Below are positions 36,427 to 44,810 of a DNA stretch of 64,000 bases, piece by piece (the stretch's first letter is position 1; every line of letters begins with the position of its first letter). Position numbers and translations under genes: made by a program. The DNA is from Thermoplasmatota archaeon (GTDB lineage: Archaea; Thermoplasmatota; E2; DHVEG-1): contig JBFEOQ010000002.1 in the NCBI GenBank assembly GCA_041550515.1, positions 11,926 to 75,925 of the forward strand, in the 5' to 3' direction. Below the pieces are notes generated by a model. The model had not been told where the DNA came from. It was given only the letters and a program-made list of their open reading frames with translations, and made no database searches.

Positions 36427-37364
36427 ATGATATCGCAAAAAAAGTTATATCAGGTGATCCTCGTGCTATAGCACGGCTTATCACTCTCTCAGAAAACAAT
36501 GATCCTCGAGCAGTAAATGCTCTGAAGGACATACATCCTAAAACTGGAAATGCATATGTTATAGGAATTACAGGGGTCATGGGTTCAGGAAAAAGTACTC
36601 TTATATCAGAACTGACCCAAGAATATAGAAAAAAAGGAATGACTGTTGGTATTATTGCAATAGATCCGACTAGTCCTTTTTCTGGTGGTGCTCTTCTTGG
36701 AGATAGAGTTAGAATGATGAATCTTGCTATGGATGATGGTGTTTTCATACGCTCTATGGGAACCCGTGGAATGCTTGGTGGTCTTACTAGTGCTGTTTAT
36801 GATGTTGTTGAAATTCTTGACGCATCTGGTAAAGATGTTGTAATAGTTGAAACTGTAGGTGTTGGTCAAGCAGAGGTTGATATTATTAAGATTGCTGATT
36901 CAACTCTTGTAATAGTTGTTCCTGGTTTAGGTGATAGTATTCAAACTCTTAAAGCAGGAGTAATGGAGATCGCCGATATATTTGTTGTTAACAAAGCTGA
37001 CAGACAAGGTGTTGAGAAGACTATTGCAGAAGTTGAAAGCCTTGTGGATATTTCCTTTTCTGAAAAAGATAGAAAAACACCAATTCTTAAAACAAATGCA
37101 AAAAAAGGAGAAGGTATTAAAAAACTTATTAAAGAGATAAAAAATCATAAAAAATATTTAATAAATACTAAGGAATTTGAAAAAAAACGAAAAATACGTT
37201 ATGAAGCAGAACTAGTTGAAATTATTCGCAAAAGATTGATGAATTTTATTTTTGATGAAACCCAATTTAAAGACAAAGTTGAAAAATTAATTAATCAAAT
37301 TAGTAAAAAAGAAATTGATCCTCATTCAGCGGCAGAAGAAATACTTACAAATATACTAAAATAA
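36423..37364 (+). CDS. meaB: MeaB/ArgK-type G3E GTPase (mutase chaperone)
   Basis: [14 protein letters not shown]-loop, ETVGVGQ and NKADR motifs. 4-nt overlap with the small subunit gene. Confidence 0.9.
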   Translation: MNDIAKKVISGDPRAIARLITLSENNDPRAVNALKDIHPKTGNAYVIGITGVMGSGKSTLISELTQEYRKKGMTVGIIAIDPTSPFSGGALLGDRVRMMNLAMDDGVFIRSMGTRGMLGGLTSAVYDVVEILDASGKDVVIVETVGVGQAEVDIIKIADSTLVIVVPGLGDSIQTLKAGVMEIADIFVVNKADRQGVEKTIAEVESLVDISFSEKDRKTPILKTNAKKGEGIKKLIKEIKNHKKYLINTKEFEKKRKIRYEAELVEIIRKRLMNFIFDETQFKDKVEKLINQISKKEIDPHSAAEEILTNILK

Positions 37365-37376
37365 TAAAAGAAAAAA

Positions 37377-38159
37377 TTATTTTCCTTTGAAATTAGGTTT
37401 ACGCTTTTCAAGGAATGCTTTTATTCCTTCCTTTTTATCATATGTTGAAAAACTAGATGAAAAATAAGATATCTCAAGTGCATTTGCTGTATTAAGATCA
37501 ATATCAGCTCCTTTATTTACAAGAGATTTAATAAAGGCTGTTTGTACAGAGGATTTATCAGCTATTTTTTTTGCTAGGTTCATTGTTTCTTCTTCTAGTT
37601 TATCATCATCTACAACTTTGTTAATAAGACCAATTCTATGAGCTTCGATAGCATCAATAGTGTCACCAGTAAGCATTAATTCTTTGGCTTTTGCACGTCC
37701 TACAAGACGAGGCAGGCATTGGGTGCCACTAAAACCAGGTGAAATACCAAGATTTATTTCGGGTTGACCTAATCTAGCATTTTTTCCAGCTATTGTAATA
37801 TCACAACTCATTAGAATTTCACACCCACCACCAAGGGCATAACCATTAATCATAGCAATAAATGGAATACGCGATTGTCTTATATATGATAGAAGATTGT
37901 GTCCTAATTCTGAAAATTCCCTAGCTTGAAGAACAGTCATTTCTTTCATTTCTTTGATGTCAGCACCCGCGATAAATGCTTTATCTCCTGATCCTTTTAT
38001 TATTGCTACTTTAATTTTTTTATCGTTTTCTAGATCATTGACAGCTCGTGTAAGTTCTTCTATTGTTACTGTATTAAGTGCATTAAGTACATTTGGTCTA
38101 TTAATAATAATTGTTGCAATATTCTCTTTTTTTTCTAAAATTATGTTTTGATAAGACAT
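37377..38159 (-). CDS. crt: Enoyl-CoA hydratase (crotonase)
   Basis: NRPNVLNALN, FIAGADIKEM and GYALGGGCE motifs. 260 aa. Confidence 0.88.
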   Translation of the reverse strand: MSYQNIILEKKENIATIIINRPNVLNALNTVTIEELTRAVNDLENDKKIKVAIIKGSGDKAFIAGADIKEMKEMTVLQAREFSELGHNLLSYIRQSRIPFIAMINGYALGGGCEILMSCDITIAGKNARLGQPEINLGISPGFSGTQCLPRLVGRAKAKELMLTGDTIDAIEAHRIGLINKVVDDDKLEEETMNLAKKIADKSSVQTAFIKSLVNKGADIDLNTANALEISYFSSSFSTYDKKEGIKAFLEKRKPNFKGK

Positions 38160-38167
38160 TTTCTCAC

Positions 38168-39022
38168 CTAATTACTAAAATCATAAAATCCTTTTCCTGT
38201 TTTTCTCCCTAATTGTCCTGCTTGTACCATCTTTTTTAGTAGTGGACAAGGTCTGTATTTTGAGTCATTGAATCCTTCATATAGCACCATCATAATATTT
38301 AGTACTACATCAAGACCTATAAGATCAGCAAGCTCTAAAGGTCCCATTGGATGATTCATACCCAATTTCATTACTTTGTCAATGTTTTCCACAGAACCGA
38401 TTCCCTCCATATAACAATATATCGCTTCATTTATCATTGGCATTAAAAGTCGGTTACTAACGAAACCTGGACCATCATTAACTTCAACAGGAATTTTTTT
38501 CATTTTCTCAGATATATTTTTTATAATCTTTGTCGTTTCATTATCAGTTTTTAAACCTCGAATTACTTCAACAAGTTTCATCAATGGTACAGGATTCATG
38601 AAATGCATACCAATGAATTTTTCTGGTCTATTTGTTATAGATGCAAGGTCTGTAATAGGAATTGTGCTTGTGTTACTAGCGAGAATGCAATCTTTTTTAC
38701 ATATGGTGTCAAGTTTTTTGAAAAGATCTTTTTTAACTTTTATGTTTTCAAAAATTGCTTCGATTACAAGATCCACGTCTTTTAAATCTTGGAGTATTAT
38801 AGTTACTTTAATTTTGTTTTTTATTTCTTCCTTAGTTTCTTTTGTAATTCTTCCTTTTTCAATACTTTTGTCTAAAAATCTTTCAATTTTACCTAGACCT
38901 TTTTGAACATAATCCTTTTTAACATCATGCATAACTACTTCAAATCCTGCTTGTGCTGAGACAAGTGCTATTCCATGTCCCATCTGACCTGCGCCAATAA
39001 CACCTATTTTTTTTACGTTCAT
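38168..39022 (-). CDS. hbd: 3-hydroxyacyl-CoA (3-hydroxybutyryl-CoA) dehydrogenase
   Basis: [14 protein letters not shown] Rossmann motif, NTSTIPIT and GFVSNRLL. The start MNVKKIG has a GGGAGG SD and sits 1 nt after the thiolase stop. Confidence 0.9.
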   Translation of the reverse strand: MNVKKIGVIGAGQMGHGIALVSAQAGFEVVMHDVKKDYVQKGLGKIERFLDKSIEKGRITKETKEEIKNKIKVTIILQDLKDVDLVIEAIFENIKVKKDLFKKLDTICKKDCILASNTSTIPITDLASITNRPEKFIGMHFMNPVPLMKLVEVIRGLKTDNETTKIIKNISEKMKKIPVEVNDGPGFVSNRLLMPMINEAIYCYMEGIGSVENIDKVMKLGMNHPMGPLELADLIGLDVVLNIMMVLYEGFNDSKYRPCPLLKKMVQAGQLGRKTGKGFYDFSN

Positions 39023-39023
39023 T

Positions 39024-40208
39024 TTATGCCTCCCTTTCAATTATCATAGAAACTGCATTTCCCCCTCCTAGACAAATTGTTGCTAGACCACGTTTCTTAT
39101 TCATTTTATTCATTGCATGTGTAAGTGTAATAAGAATACGTGAACCACTATTTCCAATTGGATGACCAATTGCCACTGCTCCCCCATGTACATTAAATTT
39201 TTCTTTAGGAATTTTAAAATGTTTCATTACTGCAAGACTTGCCGAAGAAAATGCTTCGTTGTGTTCTATTAGATCAATATCGTCGATTTTAAGGTTTATT
39301 TTTTTTAATAAGTTTGTAACCCCCGGGATTGGTGCTTCCATAACAAATTCTGGTTTGACTCCAAAGGTATTATATGCTTTAATTGTAGCAAGAGGTTTTA
39401 AACCAAGCTCTTTTGCTTTGTCTTTACTCATGACAACAGTTGCAGATGCCCCGTCAGTAATCTGAGATGAGTTTCCTGCTGTGACAACTCCATCTTTTTT
39501 GAAAAAAGGTCTAAGTTTTGCTAAGCTCTTAATAGTTGTTCCTGGTCTAATACCATCATCTTTATCAAATATAATAGCTTCACTTTTTTTCTGAGGTATT
39601 TTAATTGGAACTATTTCATCATTGAAATACCCTTTTTCTGTTGCATGATGTGCTTTTTGATGACTCCATGCTGCAAACTCATCTATTTCTTCACGTTTCA
39701 AATTATATCTCTCAGCAATTATTTCACCAGTCATCCCCATATGAAAATTGTTATAAACATCCCATAGTCCATCATTTACCATTAAATCTACAACTTTGTC
39801 ATCAAACATTCTCAATCCATATCTAGCTTTAGGAAGAGAATAAGGACAATTACTCATACTTTCCATTCCACCCGCAACAATAATTTCTGCATCCTCACAT
39901 TTTATTGCTTGAGCTGCAAGAACAACTGCTTTTAAACTAGAGCCACAAACTTTATCAACATGAAGAGCACCTGCTTCATAGGGGATACCTGCACCAATTG
40001 CAGCTTGACGTGCGACATTTTGACCAAGACCTGCAGCAACAACACATCCCATAATAACTTCATTAACATCTTTTGGATTAATACTTGCTTTTTTAACTGC
40101 TTCCTGAATTACAATACTTCCAAGTTGGGGTGCTGAAAAATCCTTTAAGGCACCAGAAAACTTACCTTGAGCAGTTCTAACACCAGATACAATTACTACA
40201 TCTTTCAT
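39024..40208 (-). CDS. Acetyl-CoA C-acetyltransferase (thiolase II, bacterial type)
   Basis: [12 protein letters not shown] (active-site Cys), [20 protein letters not shown] and CLGGGNAVS. The start MKDVVIVSG has a GGAGGAGG SD. Confidence 0.9.
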   Translation of the reverse strand: MKDVVIVSGVRTAQGKFSGALKDFSAPQLGSIVIQEAVKKASINPKDVNEVIMGCVVAAGLGQNVARQAAIGAGIPYEAGALHVDKVCGSSLKAVVLAAQAIKCEDAEIIVAGGMESMSNCPYSLPKARYGLRMFDDKVVDLMVNDGLWDVYNNFHMGMTGEIIAERYNLKREEIDEFAAWSHQKAHHATEKGYFNDEIVPIKIPQKKSEAIIFDKDDGIRPGTTIKSLAKLRPFFKKDGVVTAGNSSQITDGASATVVMSKDKAKELGLKPLATIKAYNTFGVKPEFVMEAPIPGVTNLLKKINLKIDDIDLIEHNEAFSSASLAVMKHFKIPKEKFNVHGGAVAIGHPIGNSGSRILITLTHAMNKMNKKRGLATICLGGGNAVSMIIEREA

Positions 40209-40299
40209 GAATATTGCCTCCTCCAAATATAGAAAAGTAAAATCACCAATAAAATCTTAATTTAAATATTTTTCAAAAAATTTGAAAACCAATAAAGTG

Positions 40300-40959
40300 T
40301 TATTTAACAAAAACATTTAATGAACATATATTTCCAAGTTTTGCTTCAATTTTATCTCCTCTTTTAATTTCTCCAACACCTTCAGGTGTTCCTGTCATTA
40401 TCATATCACCCGGTTGGAGAGTCATAATACTTGAGACAAACTCAATTATTTCATCAATTGTATAGATCAAATATTTTGTATTAGAAATCTGGCGTAATTT
40501 ACCATTAACTTTTAACCAAATATCTAAATTATGAGGATCATTTATTTTTTCCTTTAAAATAATATTACTTATAGGTGCAAATGTATCGAATCCTTTTGCA
40601 ATACTCCAGGGCCAACCATTTTTCTTTGCTACAGATTGAATGTCACGTGCTGTTATATCTAAACCTAAGCAATAACCTAAAATATAATCCATTGCATCTA
40701 TTCTTTTTACTTTACAACATTTTTCACCGAAAACAACACATAGTTCTACTTCATGATGAACACTTTTTGAAATACTTGGTATTACTATCGATTCATTATT
40801 AAAAATAACAGAACTAGAGGGTTTTAAAAAAAGAATGGGTTTTTCTGTAATCTTTGTATTCATCTCTATTGCATGTTTATGATAAGTTCTCGCAAGACAA
40901 ACTAATTTACCAATGGTCAATTTTTTTTTTATTCCACCACTAAAGATATAATTTGGCAT
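40300..40959 (-). CDS. Fumarylacetoacetate hydrolase (FAH) family protein
   Basis: HHEVELCVVFG, LDITARD and GDMIMTGTPEGVG motifs. Confidence 0.8.
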   Translation of the reverse strand: MPNYIFSGGIKKKLTIGKLVCLARTYHKHAIEMNTKITEKPILFLKPSSSVIFNNESIVIPSISKSVHHEVELCVVFGEKCCKVKRIDAMDYILGYCLGLDITARDIQSVAKKNGWPWSIAKGFDTFAPISNIILKEKINDPHNLDIWLKVNGKLRQISNTKYLIYTIDEIIEFVSSIMTLQPGDMIMTGTPEGVGEIKRGDKIEAKLGNICSLNVFVK

Positions 40960-41042
40960 AAATTACGAAATAATAATTATGATATTAAAGTTTACAATAA
41001 AATTATTTAATAAATTATTAATACCCTGATTTGAGAATTTTA

Positions 41043-42386
41043 ATGAAATTTATACCAAACTTAGAACTCAAAAAAGAAATGCTAAGAGATATTAACATTA
41101 AAAGAATTGATGAATTATTTTCTGATATTCCCAAAAAAATAAAAATAAAAGAATTAAATTTACCAAAAAACATTTCTCAACAAGAAACTGAGAAAATAAT
41201 GAGAAATATTGCTAAAAAAAATAAATCATGTAATGAATTTCTATGTTTTTTAGGGGGAGGTATTAAGAATCATTATATACCTCCAATTGTTAAATCAATA
41301 ATATCTCGTTCAGAATTTTATACATCTTATACACCTTATCAAGCAGAAGCAAGTCAAGGTTTTTTACAGGCTATGTTTGAGTATCAAAGTATGATTGCAG
41401 AACTTACAGGTATGGATGTATCTAATTGTTCTTTATATGATGGTGTCACTAGCCTATCTGAAGCTGTATTAATGTGTACACGTATTACAAAACGAAATTC
41501 ATTTGTTATCGCAAGTAATATCTCCTGGGAAAAAAAATCTGTTCTTAAAAATTATATTCTTGGTCCAAATGTAAATATTAAAGAGATACCTTTTGATGAA
41601 AAAACAGGTAAAATTAATATTAAGGATCTGGAAAAAAATGTTAACGAAAATACAGCTGGTGTTTATATAGAAAATCCAAACTTTTTTGGCATTTTTGAAG
41701 AAGATATAGAACGTATTCATAAAATAATAAAAGGTGTAGGTTCTCTGTTTGTTGTAGGAGTCGATCCATTATCTCTAGGTATTACAAAACCACCAGGCGA
41801 ATATGGTGCTGATATTGTTATTGGTGAAGGGCGTGTTTTTGGTAATCTTATGGATTTTGGTGGATGTGGTCTTGGTATTTTTTCTTGTAAAAAGGATTAT
41901 GTTCGTCAAATACCAGGTCGTATTATTGGCTTAACTTCTGATAATGATGGTAAGCGTGGTTTTTGTATGACTCTACAAACTCGTGAACAGCATATACGTC
42001 GTGAAAAAGCTACTAGTAATATTTGTACAAATGAAGGTTTATGCTCACTTAGTGCTGTAGTTTATCTTTCATGGCTTGGTGGTAAAGGGTTATATGAACT
42101 AGCGAAAAAAAATCTTGAAAAATCACATAAGCTTGCAGATATGATTAATAAGCTTGATGGTTTTTCTATTAGATTTTCAGGTTTACATTTCAATGAATTT
42201 GTAATTAAATGTAAAAACAAACCAGATAATATTATTAAAAAACTTTTAGCAAAAGATATTCAAATTGGACCAGTGCTTAGTAAACATTTTAACAATCTTC
42301 ACGATTGTATATCTGTTGGTGTTACGGAATCACATACTACTGAAGATATAGAAAAACTTGTATCTATTTTAAAGGAGGTAGGTTAA
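41043..42386 (+). CDS. gcvPA: Glycine dehydrogenase (decarboxylating) subunit 1
   Basis: TSYTPYQAEASQGFLQAMFEYQ and REQHIRREKATSNICTN motifs. Confidence 0.92.
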   Translation: MKFIPNLELKKEMLRDINIKRIDELFSDIPKKIKIKELNLPKNISQQETEKIMRNIAKKNKSCNEFLCFLGGGIKNHYIPPIVKSIISRSEFYTSYTPYQAEASQGFLQAMFEYQSMIAELTGMDVSNCSLYDGVTSLSEAVLMCTRITKRNSFVIASNISWEKKSVLKNYILGPNVNIKEIPFDEKTGKINIKDLEKNVNENTAGVYIENPNFFGIFEEDIERIHKIIKGVGSLFVVGVDPLSLGITKPPGEYGADIVIGEGRVFGNLMDFGGCGLGIFSCKKDYVRQIPGRIIGLTSDNDGKRGFCMTLQTREQHIRREKATSNICTNEGLCSLSAVVYLSWLGGKGLYELAKKNLEKSHKLADMINKLDGFSIRFSGLHFNEFVIKCKNKPDNIIKKLLAKDIQIGPVLSKHFNNLHDCISVGVTESHTTEDIEKLVSILKEVG

Positions 42387-42388
42387 TC

Positions 42389-43831
42389 TTGTTTAAATTT
42401 GCACTTCATGAAGAGCCTTTAATTAACGAACTTGTATGCTGTACATCAGAAAAAATTGAAGATATTAAAGATATTCCATTAGAACTTCAAAAGAGAAACA
42501 CATCTCTTATTCCTAATCTTGATGAAACACAAGTAGTTCGTCATTTTCATCGTCTCAGTCAGATGAATTTTGGGATTGATACTGGTATGTATCCACTTGG
42601 TTCATGTACTATGAAATATAATCCTAAAATTTGTGAACAGATAGCAACCTGGGAGAAATTTACTTATACTCACCCCTGTCAGCATATTTCAACGGTTCAG
42701 GGGAATCTACATATAATGTTTGAACTTGAGAGAATGCTTTGTGAAATAGCTGGTATGGATTGTTTTTGTCTACAACCAGCAGCTGGTGCTCAAGGAGAAT
42801 TTTTAGGTCTTCTATTAACAAAGGCTTATCACAAATATAATAACGATAGTAAACGAAATGAAGTAATTCTCCCAGATACTGCTCATGGAACGAATCCAGC
42901 TAGTGCTACAATGGCAGGCTATAAAATAATTGAGATACCATCTACTAACCAAGGCACAGTGGATTTAAATGCACTTGAAAAAACTTTATCTGAAAAAACA
43001 GCTTGTTTTATGCTTACAAATCCAAATACTCTTGGTATTTTTGAATCAGATATATTTGAAATTCAAAAAATGGTTCATAAATCAGGAGCACTTTTATATT
43101 ACGATGGAGCTAATATGAATGCTATTATGGGTAAAACACGTCCAGGTGATATGGGTTTTGATATAATTCATTTAAATCTTCATAAAACATTTTCAGCTCC
43201 TCATGGTGGTGGAGGTCCGGGAAGTGGTCCAGTTGGTGTAAAAATGAAACTTGAAAAGTTTCTACCAGTTCCTCGTATTGATAAAAATAATGATGGTGAG
43301 TACATATTTGATTATGATGCACCTGAGTCTATTGGAAAAATATTAAATTACTATGGTAATTTTTCAGTTATTTTAAAAGCTTATATTTATATACTTATGA
43401 TGGGTGGAGATGGTCTTTGTCAGACATCAGAAATAGCTGTTTTGAACTCTAATTATATGATGAAAAAGATTTTAGATAGTGGTAAGTATGAAATACCATT
43501 TAAAAACTTAAGAAAACATGAATTTGTAATAAGTTGTGATAATCTGAAAAAAGAAAAAAATATTCGTGCGATGGATGTAGCAAAACGATTGTTAGATAAA
43601 GGTATGCATCCACCTACAACTTATTTTCCACTTATTGTAAAAGAAGCATTAATGATTGAACCAACTGAATCTGAATCAAAAAAAGACCTTGATAGATATA
43701 TTACAACTCTTGTTAAAATTGCTGATGAAAAACCAGAAATTGTTAAAAATGCACCTATTAATACTCCAACAAAACGTTTAGATGAAGTAAATGCAACTAA
43801 AAACCAAATTCTTACATGGAAGATGATTTAG
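42389..43831 (+). CDS. gcvPB: Glycine dehydrogenase (decarboxylating) subunit 2
   Basis: LGSCTMKYNPK and HLNLHKTFSAPHGGGGPG (PLP lysine region). TTG start 2 nt after the gcvPA stop. Confidence 0.92.
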   Translation: MFKFALHEEPLINELVCCTSEKIEDIKDIPLELQKRNTSLIPNLDETQVVRHFHRLSQMNFGIDTGMYPLGSCTMKYNPKICEQIATWEKFTYTHPCQHISTVQGNLHIMFELERMLCEIAGMDCFCLQPAAGAQGEFLGLLLTKAYHKYNNDSKRNEVILPDTAHGTNPASATMAGYKIIEIPSTNQGTVDLNALEKTLSEKTACFMLTNPNTLGIFESDIFEIQKMVHKSGALLYYDGANMNAIMGKTRPGDMGFDIIHLNLHKTFSAPHGGGGPGSGPVGVKMKLEKFLPVPRIDKNNDGEYIFDYDAPESIGKILNYYGNFSVILKAYIYILMMGGDGLCQTSEIAVLNSNYMMKKILDSGKYEIPFKNLRKHEFVISCDNLKKEKNIRAMDVAKRLLDKGMHPPTTYFPLIVKEALMIEPTESESKKDLDRYITTLVKIADEKPEIVKNAPINTPTKRLDEVNATKNQILTWKMI

Positions 43832-44034
43832 TCTTCTTTTTTATCCATTAGTGATAGGATAAAACCTAGTATTCCTGGAATAATAAGAACTATTGCTAGG
43901 GAGTAAATTCCAATATCATAAATTACACCATATTTTATAATCCAAAATAACCAAATTCCTATTCCTGCTATTAAAAAGAGAATAGATAGTATCGTATAAA
44001 AATTAAAATTTTTTTTATTTATTTTAATCATCAT
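43828..44034 (-). CDS. Small membrane protein (68 aa, 2 TM)
   Basis: Two clear hydrophobic helices. No family recognised. Confidence 0.45.
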   Translation of the reverse strand: MMIKINKKNFNFYTILSILFLIAGIGIWLFWIIKYGVIYDIGIYSLAIVLIIPGILGFILSLMDKKED

Positions 44035-44060
44035 TTTTCACCATTTTTATTTTTAAGTGA

Positions 44061-44199
44061 TGGGGGTACTGGGATTTGAACCCAGATCGGCGGGTCTCTT
44101 CTTAGGTCATCGCTCCAGTTATTCATCACCTTTCAGATGACCCTCTTATAATCATTCCTAACTGGAGCCCACAATGATGCCGGGTTACACCATACCCCC
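44061..44199 (-). tRNA. tRNA-Trp(CCA) with 66-nt intron at 37/38
   Basis: Hand fold. The 5' exon GGGGGTATGGTGTAACCCGGCATCATTGTGGGCTCCAG spans 44199-44162. The 3' exon ACCCGCCGATCTGGGTTCAAATCCCAGTACCCCCA spans 44095-44061. Anticodon stem is GTGGG/CCCGC. Confidence 0.85.
44096..44161 (-). ncRNA. Box C/D guide RNA embedded in the tRNA-Trp intron
   Basis: C AUGAUUA, 12 nt, D' CUGA (44133-44136), 3 nt, C' GUGAUGA (44123-44129), 12 nt, D AUGA (44107-44110). The D guide pairs 9 bp with the anticodon loop, and the N+5 position is C34. Confidence 0.65.
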
Positions 44200-44213
44200 A
44201 TAAATATTTATCG

Positions 44214-44312
44214 TTATTTCCTTCTTGCTCTCTTTTCTCGTCTCATTCTTTTCTTTCGCCATTTCCATCGCATTTTATGTCTTTTTTTCCAGACTCTAGA
44301 ACTACGTTTCAT
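44214..44312 (-). CDS. rpl41e: 50S ribosomal protein eL41
   Basis: Hand translation: MKRSSRVWKKRHKMRWKWRKKRMRREKRARRK (32 aa). MRWKWRKKRMRR is the eL41 signature. Not in the track. Confidence 0.8.
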   Translation of the reverse strand: MKRSSRVWKKRHKMRWKWRKKRMRREKRARRK

Positions 44313-44461
44313 AATATTTTTCCTCTAAGGTTATAGCTTGCCCTAAATAAATTCTTATATTTAATGGTTTTTGGAAAAATCTAAACTATACTTTTTGATA
44401 TATCTAATTTATATAGAGTAGTTTTATTATTGATTAATAAATTTAAAAGTATTTTTTTTTT

Positions 44462-44806
44462 TTAATTCTTTTTTGTTTTTTTATCCATCCAAACATATTT
44501 GCATCGAGTGCAGTACCACCCCAATGAAACCCATTTTTGTTTACCATACTTTGGATTTATATGTCTATATAATCTAACAAGTTTTAAGCTGCATTTTGGA
44601 CATTTTTCATGATATTTATCTTCATATAACTCATTTCCAATTTTGTAAATGAGGGTTTCTGCTGCAACATTATATGTATATCCACAGTTAATACAAGTCC
44701 ATGCAGTTGGGATCCAAGCTCTTTTTCCATCGAAACTTTTATTTAGGTATAATTTTACAGCTTTAGAAGTGCATTCAGGACATTTTTTCCTAATTTTTAT
44801 CACCAC
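44462..44806 (-). CDS. Tandem zinc-ribbon protein (internal duplication), unknown function
   Basis: Two copies of CPxC-x(3,4)-(V/L)(K/R)LY-x(5,7)-GK-x2-W-x(4,5)-W-x-C-x2-C-x-Y. Starts 4 nt after the histidine kinase stop. Confidence 0.6.
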   Translation of the reverse strand: MVIKIRKKCPECTSKAVKLYLNKSFDGKRAWIPTAWTCINCGYTYNVAAETLIYKIGNELYEDKYHEKCPKCSLKLVRLYRHINPKYGKQKWVSLGWYCTRCKYVWMDKKTKKN

Positions 44807-44810
44807 TAAT

